Source: Chrysomallon squamiferum | Taxonomy: Eukaryota; Animalia; Mollusca | Direction of reading: 5' to 3' | DNA: 64,000 nucleotides | Assembly: GCA_012295275.1 (NCBI GenBank) | Contig: CM022667.1 | Location: forward strand, 7,440,001-7,504,000 | Shown: positions 40,467-54,323 of the stretch, piece after piece | Layout of the letters: the number at the start of each line of letters is the position of its first letter | Numbering within the stretch: position 1 is the stretch's first letter | The notes under the pieces: generated by a model | What the model was told of the DNA's origin: nothing | The model's input: the letters and a program-made list of their open reading frames with translations, nothing else | Database searches by the model: none | Made by a program: the position numbers and the translations under genes

Positions 40467-41184
40467 TTAACAAATAAATAATAAATGATTCCATGTGCTT
40501 TGTGAAAGTTTTAAAATTAAAGAAAACAATAAATGTTTGGTAATAAGAAATACATGTGGTGCAAGGATTCAGAATTAATGAAGCAGTATATGTTCACTAA
40601 CAGAATTTTACACTTTAAAGCTTTCACATATTTGAAGCTGTGATTGATTCCTCATAGGCGTCATAACTAAAACTGCATCACTGCGTTTAATAAAGCATTT
40701 TGATTACATATCTATCTATCTATCTATCTATGTATATATCTCTCCATCCATCCACCCATGTATGTGTGTATATATATATATATAAATATACACAAGTGTC
40801 TTCAAGCATTGTGGTGTGTAAACTACAGTGGGAGAGAAGAGGAACGCTGTCTACGCTAACATATCTTATCTACAGGCTGTGACATTCTGTTTTACAGTGA
40901 GTAGACAGACATTTCTAAATAAACCAGACTTACCAACAGACACACAGTAAAGACAGACAGTTCATATATTTACAGTTTCAGTAAAATTATTGAAAAAAAA
41001 AAGAAGAAAAGAAGTTAAAAAAAAATTATTTATTTGATTTTTTTAAACCATAGAAATGTTCTAGTAAATTAAACTTTTTAATGTTGGATAAATCTATAAA
41101 GGCTGGCATTCTGGTTTCCTGAGTAATGTTGTTTATTTTTTCTATGTGTTAAACTGTGTATAATTATTTGGTCTCTTTGTTATG

Positions 41185-41232
<48 letters not shown>
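40426..41232. repeat. Two (TG)n microsatellites (about 40426-40462 and 41187-41232)
   Basis: Pure TG runs flanked by TGCA/TGTA-type variants. Confidence 0.85.
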
Positions 41233-41233
<1 letters not shown>

Positions 41234-44200
41234 ATGCATGCATTATTGCCTGCACTGGTAATAATTCAAGAGAGGAAATATCCTACCATTATTCGTTAGT
41301 CTAAAAATATAACTTAGCAAGAAGGAAACTTTTACAACATACCCTCTCACAGGCAGCTTTTGACTGTTTTTGACTTGAAAACTTATTGAAACAGAAACAG
41401 AAAGAGAACCACTGATGTCAGACAGTTAAGAATGGACACTGTCCACTTGTCTCAAAATCTCACTTGAAGTTTTCTCTTGTCACTACAAAGAGTCCCAGAT
41501 TTCTGTGTAAGGGAAACAACAAACAAACAGATTAGTTAAACAGTGAACTGTTTCTTAATTAACTTAAACAAAACAATGTGAAACTACTGCACAAGGCTGT
41601 GTTGACCCATGGCTGGGAACCTGAACTTTCCCATGTTTCTTATTTTTCTGGTCCTTCACCTCACTGCAGATATAATAGTAACTTAACAACAATAACAAAA
41701 ACAAAAAATAAAAAAAATAAAAATAAAGAAATATTTTGAAATCACTTTATAACATTAGCTTTTAATGACAGACACAACAGAGGTTTTTCAAATGTCACTA
41801 AACTTCAAGTTTCAGCCAAGAACCTGCTGACCTGTTTCATGAAGCACTAGTAGTGTCCTCAGTTTAAAACAAGCCCTGAAGAAAAGTCAACGGCCTTAAA
41901 TAAAATAATATGTCAATAAATATATAAATAAAATAATAGATAAATAGACTGATAGAAAGATAGATATAAAATAAACATGTGTAGAAGTTTATTATCATAG
42001 TTATTATTTTAACTTACTATTTTTGGCTAAGATAAATTAATTAAAAAATTAGTTTAGCCGCTGTTTGTGTTTCAGCGACTTTCTCACATTTTTGATATCA
42101 TTAAAACTTCTCAGTGAGACAAAATAATGTATTTTTGTTACACATACACAAACAACAACAAAATAAACAATTACTGTGTTTAAAACAAATAAAATAAATG
42201 AATAAGTAAATAAATAAAGAAAAATATATAAAAGAGAAAATTACCCTCTAGGGAAAGAAAAGAAAGAAAAAATCTAAAAAGATAACAAAATAATAATAAA
42301 AAAAATAATAAAAATTAAAAAAAACCTACAAATACAATCAAACATAAATAAAATAAATAAATATATTTTCCTCCTTAATACAAGTCTGTATTCAGAAAAC
42401 TGAAATTTTCTTTGTGAAATTTGTCAACAATACTCTTAACTCTAAATATTCTGATTCATTATTTTATTAATACCTACTGTTTTATTAACAGTCTGATAAA
42501 AAACAATTCAGTTAAACATTTCAAATGAACAAAAAGAAAAAGAACAAACTAACGAACAAAAAAATAAATAAGTAAAAGTAACACCCATTCCAAAGAATCA
42601 GATTACAATAGAAAGGACAGAAACATAATTATCCCCTTAAATAAAATTAAATTAAAATTAAACATATTCCACATTTTTTTTGTTGTTTTTTTAATTTTTG
42701 TTATTTCCATATGAACAATATTCTAATATTTTAAAATTAAAATTAACTGTTGTAAGAAAAACTGAGATGGTTTTTGATTAGTAACAGAACAAAGTCTAAT
42801 TCTGATGTCATTCAGGTTTGATTAAATTAGGAAATACCAGCAGAGACAGCCAGTTACAACGTGATGACTGTCAGCTCTTGAAATGTGTTCTCACAAAGCT
42901 GGAGAGTTCCGAGCAGGGCCAGTCACCTGTCAGTGTTGTCATACAGTAACATCCACTCACTTTGATCAGACACACTTTATATATAGTCAGTGTAGCTGCA
43001 CAGTGAAGATTTATTTATTTATTTATCTATCTATCTATATATCTGCAGTCACTATAAACAATGGCAAGTTATAGAACTTCTACATTTTTAATCACTGATA
43101 AAAAATGAAGCTTCTTATATCAATACAATACTTAGTATGTACTTCATACACTGTTTAAAGTTGATTCATTAGCATTTAATTTCTGGTTTAGATCTTAACA
43201 GACCATTTTTCATAAAGCAGTTTTCATTAAAAAAAAAAGTCACAAATAAATTGTTGTTATTTAAGAACCATTTTGCTTTGAGGGACTCTGACAATGGAAT
43301 CAATATGCTGGAATAGTCAAGAGTTTTAAGTTGAGAACTAAATTACTTTTAGTTTTTTGATGATTCAGGATTGCTGGATAAAAGAAAAAACTGGTGTCTT
43401 AAGATGTCAGCTTTATCCTGCTCACACTGAATGTTGTTGGCCATTCTGTCTTTTGCAGATAACACTGATATCTTATGAGTGTAACCAGCTATTTCCTATC
43501 TGTCTGTCTGTCTGTTTATCCATCCACCCATCTATCTATAAAACATGGTATTTCATCAAACTGGGATTTCCTGAGCACGGGTGGCATGGGAAATTGTCAA
43601 AGAGACAAATTATTTCAGTCTGTTAGTGTCAGAAATACACATATGTGTACATGTGTACAAAAGTAACAACTAAATAAATAAATATTTAAAAAGCTCATAC
43701 ATGTACAAACTGTTAACTAAAAATCAACAAATTCCTAGTGTTTCCCACAGTCAGGAAGTCAGTGTACCACAGTGTTCAGGTGCCACAAATCTTAATTTCT
43801 TTCACTTAAAACAATCCCTCTTTGATGTGTATTATTAAAAAAAATTAAATATTCAAACTGATAAAAATTTTAAATAATAATAATTGTAAGAAATGTAGTT
43901 CTTGTATTGGACAAATTCACATCACTTTAAGGGTAAAGAAAAAATAAAGGATGAAATTATAAGAAATGAATTTCAGATTATTTTCTTAATTTGACTATAT
44001 CTCTTATATTGGACACAAAACATTTTAAATTATTATGAATATCAAATTAGCAAATTGTATTAATCCAAAAAAAAAAAAAAAAGTTTATACAGAGAGAGAG
44101 AGAGAGAGAGAGATGTTAAAAATTTAAAAATACTAAAACATATAATAAATATATAATACTAATAATAATGATAAATAATATTCATCATTTCATGTATTCT

Positions 44201-45534
44201 TTTTTACACTGTTTAATAAAACTTGTTTATAGATTCAAGTTTAGTAACTGATTTAACTCATAATGCGAGTGAACAGAGGTTAAATAAAATGCTCTAGTAG
44301 AACAGTTAATGAATAACTGCATGAGGAGCTGGTAACAGAGGTTTCACTGTAACAAAAACAACTCAGACTAATTTGAGTAAATATCATATTTTTATTTCTA
44401 ATCTTTGCAATCAATGACATCCATCTGACAGCAGTGGATTCCCGAATCTTCATTCATTTACAAACTTGGCAAACATCTTAAAGCACACGCATTGATTAGC
44501 AGACTGTGAGAAAAGTTATTATTATTACAACCATTTAGAAACATTTAAACCATTTCCAGCTGTTTACCATCCAAACATTGTCTCCCTAAGTCCATTTACG
44601 TGTGGCAGCGCAAAGCCCTAATAATAGAGAGATTCTTTTTTAATCCCCCGCTGACGAGAAACCAGGTTTTATATTTGACGACTAATTCGCTTTCATGTCA
44701 TTTAGTGGTCAGTGGAATTAAGCAGGAACATCGACTGGTATTTTCCCATCAACCAACGACAGCTGGAAGCTGTGCAAAATAAGAGTTTTGTTTGTATTTG
44801 ATATCCGTTATTTCTGGTTGACTGCATGATAGAATGTTAGTGACCACCAACCAGCAAGAACTAACTCTGTTTGTTTTGTCATCTGTGGAACAAATCTTTT
44901 CTTTAATGAAAACAAGAAGAAATTGCCAGGTTTTCTGTCAGTAATGAAATTTCTTCATCATTAATAAGAGATTTTCTACTCATAAACACTCAGTTTAATG
45001 TTTGAAGTGTTATCAGTTACACTAATAGTATAATCAAACACAGATCAAATAAATAAAACATCAGCAATACCTAAAACAAATAACACAAATAAATAAGTAT
45101 GTATGTAAATAAAAAAATAAATAAAAATACTAAAAAATTAAATATAAATAAAACCCAACAAAATATAATTATGAAATGCATTGTCTTTGCAGTGACTGAT
45201 TATAATTTTAGAATGTGAGAGGAAAGTTAGCAAACAGCAACCAGTAACATATTGTGTTTCAGAGACATTTTCTACTACTGACATAGAATTACTTCTACCA
45301 GAAAGATGCCCCAGTAAATCATGAATCGTGGTTTTCTTTGACAGAAAGTTTAAATAAAAACATGAGTTATCAGTGAGTTTTAAATAAAGCTACAAGTGTT
45401 GACTGTCAGTGTTGTGACACAACACTAGAAACAACTTGATCAGTCAAGAACTGATCTGGCTCCTAGGTCATCTCAACTAGGTCTTCTTAAACCAGAGAAA
45501 AATTCAGAACTGTAAATCATTAAGATCAGATAAG

Positions 45535-45712
45535 ATATGCAATGTATACAATGTATACTGTTTTACAAACACTTTTATGGATCAAAAGTGCTTTATGCAT
45601 TGTGTGCTCTCTTTTACAAATATCTTTATGGATTAGCAATGTTTATACAATGTATACTCTGTTTTACAAATAGTTTTATGGATTAGCAGTGTTTTATGCA
45701 ATGAATACTCTG
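45535..45712. repeat. Degenerate ~52-bp tandem repeat (about 3 copies)
   Basis: TTTTACAAA..TTTATGGAT..TTTATGCA/TACAATG recurs three times. Confidence 0.7.
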
Positions 45713-47507
45713 GGTCTGAATCTCAAAGGTAAACACATGAGTAACATTTGACAAATGAAGGAAACTGAAGAGCTTTCGTAGATTTATTAAACGTCAGATA
45801 CGTATACATTGTTCAGTTGACACAACAACACAAAGTTGTCTTGTTCTTCTGCTGTGCACACACAGATTGACATGAAAGAGAGAAAACGATGCTAATTATC
45901 AATTACATGCTGATATCAACTGTCTGGATTACACTGCCTGCTACGTGATTAAGAAAACTGGTTTTACTCAGTGATAATGACAAACAGCAGATCGTCAAGG
46001 AACATGATACTTGCCTTCCAGGATTGAAATTCATTCTGCTGATTGGGAGGAAATACTTCACTCTCAGATTTCATTCAGAAGGCAAATGTCTGAAACTGTT
46101 TTTGTTCTGCAGTAAGACAGGATGGTGAAAATTGAGATTGAAAATGATAATTAAAATTAATTAGTTACATGCCTTCTAATAATGTGTAATAAAGAAGACT
46201 TGCTTATTTCAACACTTGTAGATTTTAATATTAAAACCAGAAAATGAACTATATTTTTTGTATCACTTAACATTAATGTTGCAGTTCTAAATTAAATATT
46301 ATTTATCACCCAAATTCTAAACCTGTGTGCACACCCGTGTGTGTGTGTGTAAGTAAATATGTCTGCGTGTTTTTGACTGTTTTAATATCTATTGAAAACT
46401 CTGAGATAGTTGAGCATATTTTTTCAAAGCAGAAAATAATTTATAAAATATTTGTATTTATACAACTACAATATATTTTAAAAAACAGTTTGCACTACTA
46501 GACTTGTTTACCAGTGCTGATGATAATCTGTTTTACGTCCACACCAACCCAGTGAGGTTAGAATTGATTTCATTGCTATTTAATTACTTTTATTAGTCAC
46601 TGAAATAGTTTTGTCTGAACACTGATAGTCTGAGGAGCAGAAATAACACAAAAGTACACAACCTGGAAAAGAGAAAAAGGAAAAGTAAGAATACATGGAG
46701 TCACTAGATTTTCTTCTTTGTGTAGCTCTTCAGGAAGTGTCTGGAGAAGATGAATAAATATATTACTTCCTGTTTGTGCTGTTTTACCCAGAGCTGGAAC
46801 AGGAAGACAGAAGAAAAGTTGAATGTAAATAATTATCCACAATCAGTAAACAACCCTGATCTTAATTTAAAAAACAAAAAAGAAAAAAAAAAAAAGAATA
46901 CAATAAAACTAAACTAATTAACTAACTAAATAACTAACTAAATAAATAAAATCTATACCTAAAAAGATAACTGAATTATGTTGTTTTTTTAACAATGATA
47001 ATAATATAGTAAATTACAACAAAACATAATAATCAGAACAAAAACAGAAACCCCCACCCCAATAACCTAATAAAAATAAATAAACATAAATAATAGAAAC
47101 AAATAAAAATATAAGAAAACAGATTTAGAAAACAAACCAAGCCTGCTGAACACTGAAAGGTAAGAAGTGTAATATTTGTACATCATCCTGAGTAGTGACA
47201 TCAGTACACAAACAGTTAGACAGGTTTTAATTATTACTCAGTTTGTTGGGATTGCTCTAAACTAGATTAGCTAACTGTGACAATAAGAAGGAAAATATGA
47301 ACAAATAAATCAGTATTAAAGACAACATGTTTTTCTGTTAACAATTATTGATGAATAAATGAATGTTTAGCAATACTTTGTACAAAACAGTAAAAAGAAA
47401 AGAAATGAAAAGAAAAAGAAAAAAAAAAGAAAAACTCTACTGGGTCTTAGTATAAATATAAATATGTAATCTGTGCAAAAACAAATATCTTAGCTATATT
47501 AAAAAGA

Positions 47508-47522
47508 ATAGTAATAATAATA

Positions 47523-47576
<54 letters not shown>

Positions 47577-47582
47577 GTAATA
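47508..47582. repeat. (TAA)n microsatellite
   Basis: TAA run with occasional TAG. Confidence 0.92.
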
Positions 47583-48282
47583 AAAACAACAAAAAGTTTA
47601 ATAAGTATTTGGTGGCAGATTACATTACATATATTTTGTTTCAAATCTGAGACAGAAAACTTGCTGGTATACTCTGTGGGCTATATTTAACAGTTAGCAA
47701 GAAGAGAAACTTTATATATGCCTCCTCATAAAAAAATACAATATGCTGATCAAGTATCTGAAACTGACTGGAATGAAATTTAATGACATGTTCCACTGAG
47801 AAGAATTGACCCCCTAGCCCATTATACATCACATCTGTGTTTTATGAACACAACTACTGCCAACCCAGCAGCAGAATTGTTTACATTTGATTTCAATGCT
47901 GTCTGAAAGTCTGTTTGTCTGTGACAACATCCTTAAATTAATCTTACACTAATCAAACAACTTTACAGCAGCGATTGATTTGCTTAAATGAAATATGAGG
48001 ACAAAGTACAGTGAACTGTGAGTCCAGCAAAACAGATTAATTAGAAACAACATAAACTGTATCAGTAATGACAAATCTTTTTTATATGATCAATGTAGGG
48101 AAATAATTAGACAGAGTGGGGAAACAGGTACTCACAGAAATAGAGAAAGAGACAGAAATATACAGAGAAAGATAAATATACAGATACATATATAGACAGA
48201 CAGCAGAAGACAGAAAGTTTGAAGGACTAAGAAAGAAAAATATATAGAGAGAAATACACAACTGAGAGAGAAATACACAACT

Positions 48283-48384
<102 letters not shown>

Positions 48385-51367
48385 AGATTATTTGCTTTTT
48401 CAAATAAAAATCTCAATAAAATCAAACCCTGACTACATTAACTTGCTACTAATTGATTATTTCTCGAAGTGAAAACTCTACAATATAAATGTTTGTATTT
48501 GCAGTTATTTCACATGCAGTTGTAATTAATTTACATACAAATATCCAACAACTATATTTTGTGTCAGCATCATCAACACAGACATCAGTTGACTCTGTAA
48601 ATCACTTACTACAACTGGATTAACAATTAAAACTCTGCTAGTTGTGAGTTTATGAATTAAGTGTGACATGCTTCACCAGCCAATCAAATGGAAGCTTTCA
48701 TCAGTCAGCACTCAGATTAATTTGTTAATTAATTTTTATTAATTACTGTGATTAGTTTAGAAAATAATCATCAGTTATTTACTTTGCTTAGCAGAATTAT
48801 TTTGAAAGTATGTTTATGTCAGAATTTTGTGTGCATAAATGTGCAAATGTGTATTTTAATGTGTGTTTGTATGAATGTATGCATGTTTGTATGTCTGTGT
48901 GTAAGTGAATGTATGTATGTATGAGCGTGTTTATGTATATATGTGTTTGTATGTATATATATATATATGTGCATGTGTATATGTGTGTTGTATGTACATG
49001 TATATATGTGTTTATTTGAATGTGTGATTTTGTATGTGTGCATTTGTATTAAAAATATTGTGAGATTACATTATGAGATATAAACATGTTCATGATGAAG
49101 GATCAACAGACAGACAGACAGGAGCCTGGTCATGTTCTCTTATATCTTATGTACCAGTTATGAATAATAATTTTAAAAAACACAGAACAACAAACATATT
49201 GCAAACAATTTTTATTTTTATTTTAAAAACACAGAATTTTGTCTATCAGTAAATAATAACACTGACTCAGTTTCACTACAAAGACACTTTAAAAACTACA
49301 AACTACAAAGATACAAACTAATGAACCTAACAGATTTCCTAGGACTTACAACACCAGCTAAACCTTTGTGTTAAAAATACCAGCATTACTCTTTCTATGG
49401 AGTCTTATCAGATGTATCTATGACTGGTATCACTGTTACTTAATTTACTGCTATCTAGAAATGAAAAAAAAAAAAAAAAAGCATTCAAACTCTTCTTAAT
49501 TTCAAGGTGCATGTAAAGCTATATCCTGTTTTCATGTTCTAATGAATAAAAATTGTGACAAAAAAAGATTAAAGTAAATCTAGATAAATGTCCAATTTGA
49601 GCTAAAAGCATTATGAGGGTGGAGGAATGAAAGCTGGATTATCACTTGTTCCTGACTCTTTGTAACACAAAACCTTTTATCAGTACCTTTCTTCTTTCCG
49701 CCATTTTGTTCTCAGCAATTCTCATTAAATGTTTCTCAAAGTAAACAGTCAAAAAACTTTAAAAAAAATTACTTTAGTTTTGAAAACTTGTTGCACTGTT
49801 CATGTACATTAAAAGCATGAGAAGCAATCAGTTAACAAAAGATAATGTTTTATACAAACCTTCCCATTAACTGTATTAACATTGCTTCAGACAGTTAGAT
49901 TTTCATGTCTGCAGCAAACTTTATGTAATGTGTATAATCAAAGAGATAAAACGAAATATCTAATTAATTTAACTTTCTGTCTGTTTTATCTGTGTGATCA
50001 AGACATGAGACTGTGGTAAATATCTTCTATTACATTTTTTTATAGATACTGGAAGTGAAAAAAAAAACACCATTAAAGGTTTGTTTTTCACTAATAAAAA
50101 CAAACATGTCTGCCTCACAGACTCCAAGTAAACAGTAAATAATTATCTCCTGGTCAGTGTTAGTCACTAGACTGTTAGGTCAATCAGAGCAGCAGAACTC
50201 TCTACATTAATTACCAATCCAGACAGCGTCTCCTGATTTGTTTGTACAACAAAGTTCTATGTATTCTTCTGTCTGTTCAAAGTTTAAGTAACAAGTTACA
50301 ATCTATAATTTAAATAGTTATTAATTTGTAAGTCATAGCAGGATTTAATAATAATAATAATAATAATATTATAAAAACAAATAATGAAAAAATAAAAATT
50401 TCTAAAACATTTCTGTCAAACTTTTGTAAATTATTATTAATCAATTACTTAAATGCCTTTATTATTAATTTTTTGTATGTGTGTGTGTGTTTTATTATTT
50501 TTATTTCTTTTGTGTGTTTTTTATTTGGTTCTTTTCTATTTCAAAAAAAAGAAAGGAAGTTTAATGATGCTAAATTAGCTTTAACATTTGATGGAAAAAT
50601 ATTACATTGTCTCCTTTTCATAAAATAAATTATACTTTTTATTATTTTTATTATTTCTTAAAGTCTTATCTACAAAATAAATGAACATATTTCAAATAAT
50701 AAATGAACAAATTTACAATGGAAACAATAAAGAAAGAAAGACAGGAAAAGAAAAAAATGTTTTTGTTTTTTAAAGTAAAAAAAAAATTAAGTTAAATTAA
50801 TTTTTTTTTTTATAATTCTAACAAGACTAATTATGTTCAATTTTATTTCTATTATCAAGAAATATATAAAATAATAAACAAAGAAATGATGAGAAGATAC
50901 AAAATAGAAACAATATTAATAGAAATATATAATAATAATGATAAACATTAATTATACTGATAATAATAATAATAACAACAATTTCAACCACAACAATATT
51001 AAAATAATACATATTCTAGTTAAGGTATTTTAGATTTATCATAACCGCTGCATAGGTTACTCTTATCAGTCAACAGAAAAAAAAACACCAGTCAGTGATA
51101 AACCAGTGAGATCTGTTTAGAATGGGAAATTACACTGTAAATCCACCAGGACTGAGCCTTTACATCAGTAGAACTGAAGAATAATTTATAAATTAGACCT
51201 CTATACATATAAAAAAAAAAAAGATTAAAAATGTCTAATTCACTGCTGTTTTTTTTAATTTTTTTTTTAAAACAAACATAGGTTATATTTCAAAGTACTC
51301 TTAATATTCTTAACCGTTTCATTTGTTACCATAGGAAACCAACCTTTGATAATAACAAAGTAAAGTG

Positions 51368-51404
<37 letters not shown>

Positions 51405-53204
51405 AATGTAACATACTTTTGTTTTCTGTGACTCCATTTTGTCTTTAGTGGAAGAATTAATGTTACACAAGTAGCAGTTTTATATTTAACTTTCAGTTTA
51501 TTGACCACACAGAATAGTTTACCTGTCCAATCTCATGGAAATGGATAAATACATAACAGAGCACTTGTCTGGACTGGGAAATAAGTTCAGTAGTTACAAC
51601 TATTTACTTATGTAAATAAATATCACAAATTTTCATTTTAGACATTTGGCAAGATTTCCTGAAAAATATACAAAAGTGTAATTTAAAACAGTGACTGATA
51701 CAAAGAGTTGCGTGACTTATCTTTAAAAGGAATATAACACTTTTAGCAGACGTCGTTAAAAATCTAGTTTAACCAGCAGCTTTATTATCCTCAACAGATT
51801 TAACATGGATATATTATAAGATTAATTTACTACTCCCAACAGTAACAGCAGACATTTTAATTTTTTATGAATAAAATCCAAATCAGTCACTGAATTTACA
51901 AATAAATATAACAATAATAATAAATAATACATATATATATCTATATATATATTAACTTAAAAAGCCCTCGCAGAATGAAATAAAAACACATAAAAAGAAA
52001 ATAAGAGATTTGTAAACAGATATTATTAACTGACATCAGATATACAGTTATGACAAGTTGTAGGTGTATATTCTAGATTGTGAGATCAACCTTTTTTTTC
52101 TTTCTTTCTTAAATCAGTGATTGCTTTGAAAGATGCATAGAAATTATATGTTACTATTAATCCATTTGACCAATAAGCAGTTTGGAATTTTCTTAAATTT
52201 AATTTTTTTAAATTTAGTTTTGGTCACTATGTTGAATTGACCCTGGGCCTGTCACATCTGAGTAGAATCTATTACAAACTGAAATCTGTTATAAACAGCA
52301 ATAAACTGAAATTTGTTACACAGCAAAGAACTGAAATCTGTAACACAGCAACAAACTGAAATCTGCTTATGAAATAGCTGCACAATGTCATTGTACTAAT
52401 TTAGATTTCTCACTTAAATAATAATCAAATATGTTAGAAAATCAAGACTAAAATTAAAGCTTTTGACAACAGTTACAGCACAGACACTTTCATGTTTCTA
52501 TCATTTCTGCCTGACAACCTGAAACCACTGAGGAGTCATCAAAACCACGAGAACAAGTGAAAACAGTGAGCAGCTCACTCCTCTCCTGCATCAAGGTCAT
52601 ACAACCAATTCTTTTTATCATTAACCTCTGGTGATGCCTGGGACATGTATCCTACTGATGAGTGTCAGGTGACAATTAACTCAGAGTAGCAGCAAGTGGA
52701 CACAAGTACAAACCTAGAACATGTCTATATGTTGATTCTTTCTTCTCAGTCTCTGTTGTTAATGAGAAATCTAAGTTTTTCGTCTTACAGAGCAATGTCA
52801 ACTGATAAACACACCTTCATGCATGAAATATCTGTACAAAAGTCTTTTAATGATAGCAGCAGGAAAAGTAATGAAAGCAGGAACAGATGTTATAGATTTT
52901 CAGTTTTTAGACTTAACAGCTAAAAATGGAAGGATATAAATTCTAATAATTGAGTCATTTACAACAATCGTTTTGACACTAATCCAACTAATGAGTTTGA
53001 AATTAAATTTTACTATGGTGACTGTGAAAGACATTACCATGGCAACAGGAGAGTTTAGAAATAAAACCAATGATCTGTCACAGATTGGTGAAAGTTCAGT
53101 AAACAATGAGTTCATGTCTGCAGGTTAGAGGTCAGAGTTCACAGTCAAGTACAGTAGGTGACTGGATCCATTCTCTTTACCCCATCCACTGACCTTTTTC
53201 TCAT

Positions 53205-54323
53205 TCCACTATGTTCCACAAACACTGTGTTACACAAACATCAGACACTGTGTTACACAAACATCAGACACTGTGTTACACAAACATCAGACACTGTTAC
53301 AAACATCAGACACTGTGTTACACAAACATCAGACACTATGTTACACAAACATCAGACACTGTGTTACACAAACATCAGATACTGTGTTACACAAACATCA
53401 GACACTATGTTACACAAACATCAGACACTGTGTTACACAAACATCAGACACTGTGTTACACAAACATCAGACACTATGTTACACAAACATCAGACACTAT
53501 GTTACACAAACATCAGACACTATGTTCCACAAACCTCAGATGCTGTGTTACACAAACATCAGACACTATGTTACACAAACATCAGACACTATGTTACACA
53601 AACATCAGATACTGTGTTACACAAACATCTGACACTATGTTACACAAACATCAGATACTGTGTTACACAAACATCAGATACTGTGTTACACAAACATCAG
53701 ATACTGTTACACAAACATCAGACACTATGTTACAAACATCAGATACTGTGTTACACAAACATCAGATACTGTGTTACACAAACATCAGACACTGTTACAC
53801 AAACATCAGACACTATGTTACAAACATCAGACACTGTGTTACACAAACATCAGGCACTGTGTTACACAAACATCAGACACTATGTTACACAAACATCAGA
53901 CACTGTGTTACACAAACATCAGATACTGTGTTACACAAACATCTGATACTGTGTTACACAAACATCAGATACTGTGTTACACAAACATCAGACACTATGT
54001 TACAAACATCAGACACTGTGTTACACAAACATCAGGCACTGTGTTACACAAACATCAGACACTATGTTACACAAACATCAGACACTGTGTTACACAAACA
54101 TCAGATACTGTGTTACACAAACATCTGATACTGTGTTACACAAACATCAGATACTGTGTTACACAAACATCAGACACTATGTTACAAACATCAGACACTA
54201 TGTTACACAAACATCAGACACTGTGTTACACAAACATCAGATACTGTGTTACACAAACATCAGATACTGTGTTACACAAACATCAGACACTATGTTACAA
54301 ACATCAGACATTATGGTACACAC
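53205..54323. repeat. 23-bp minisatellite (~49 copies)
   Basis: Unit CTGTGTTACACAAACATCAGACA with 21-bp deletion variants. It generates the long overlapping + strand ORFs in the ORF track. Confidence 0.97.
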
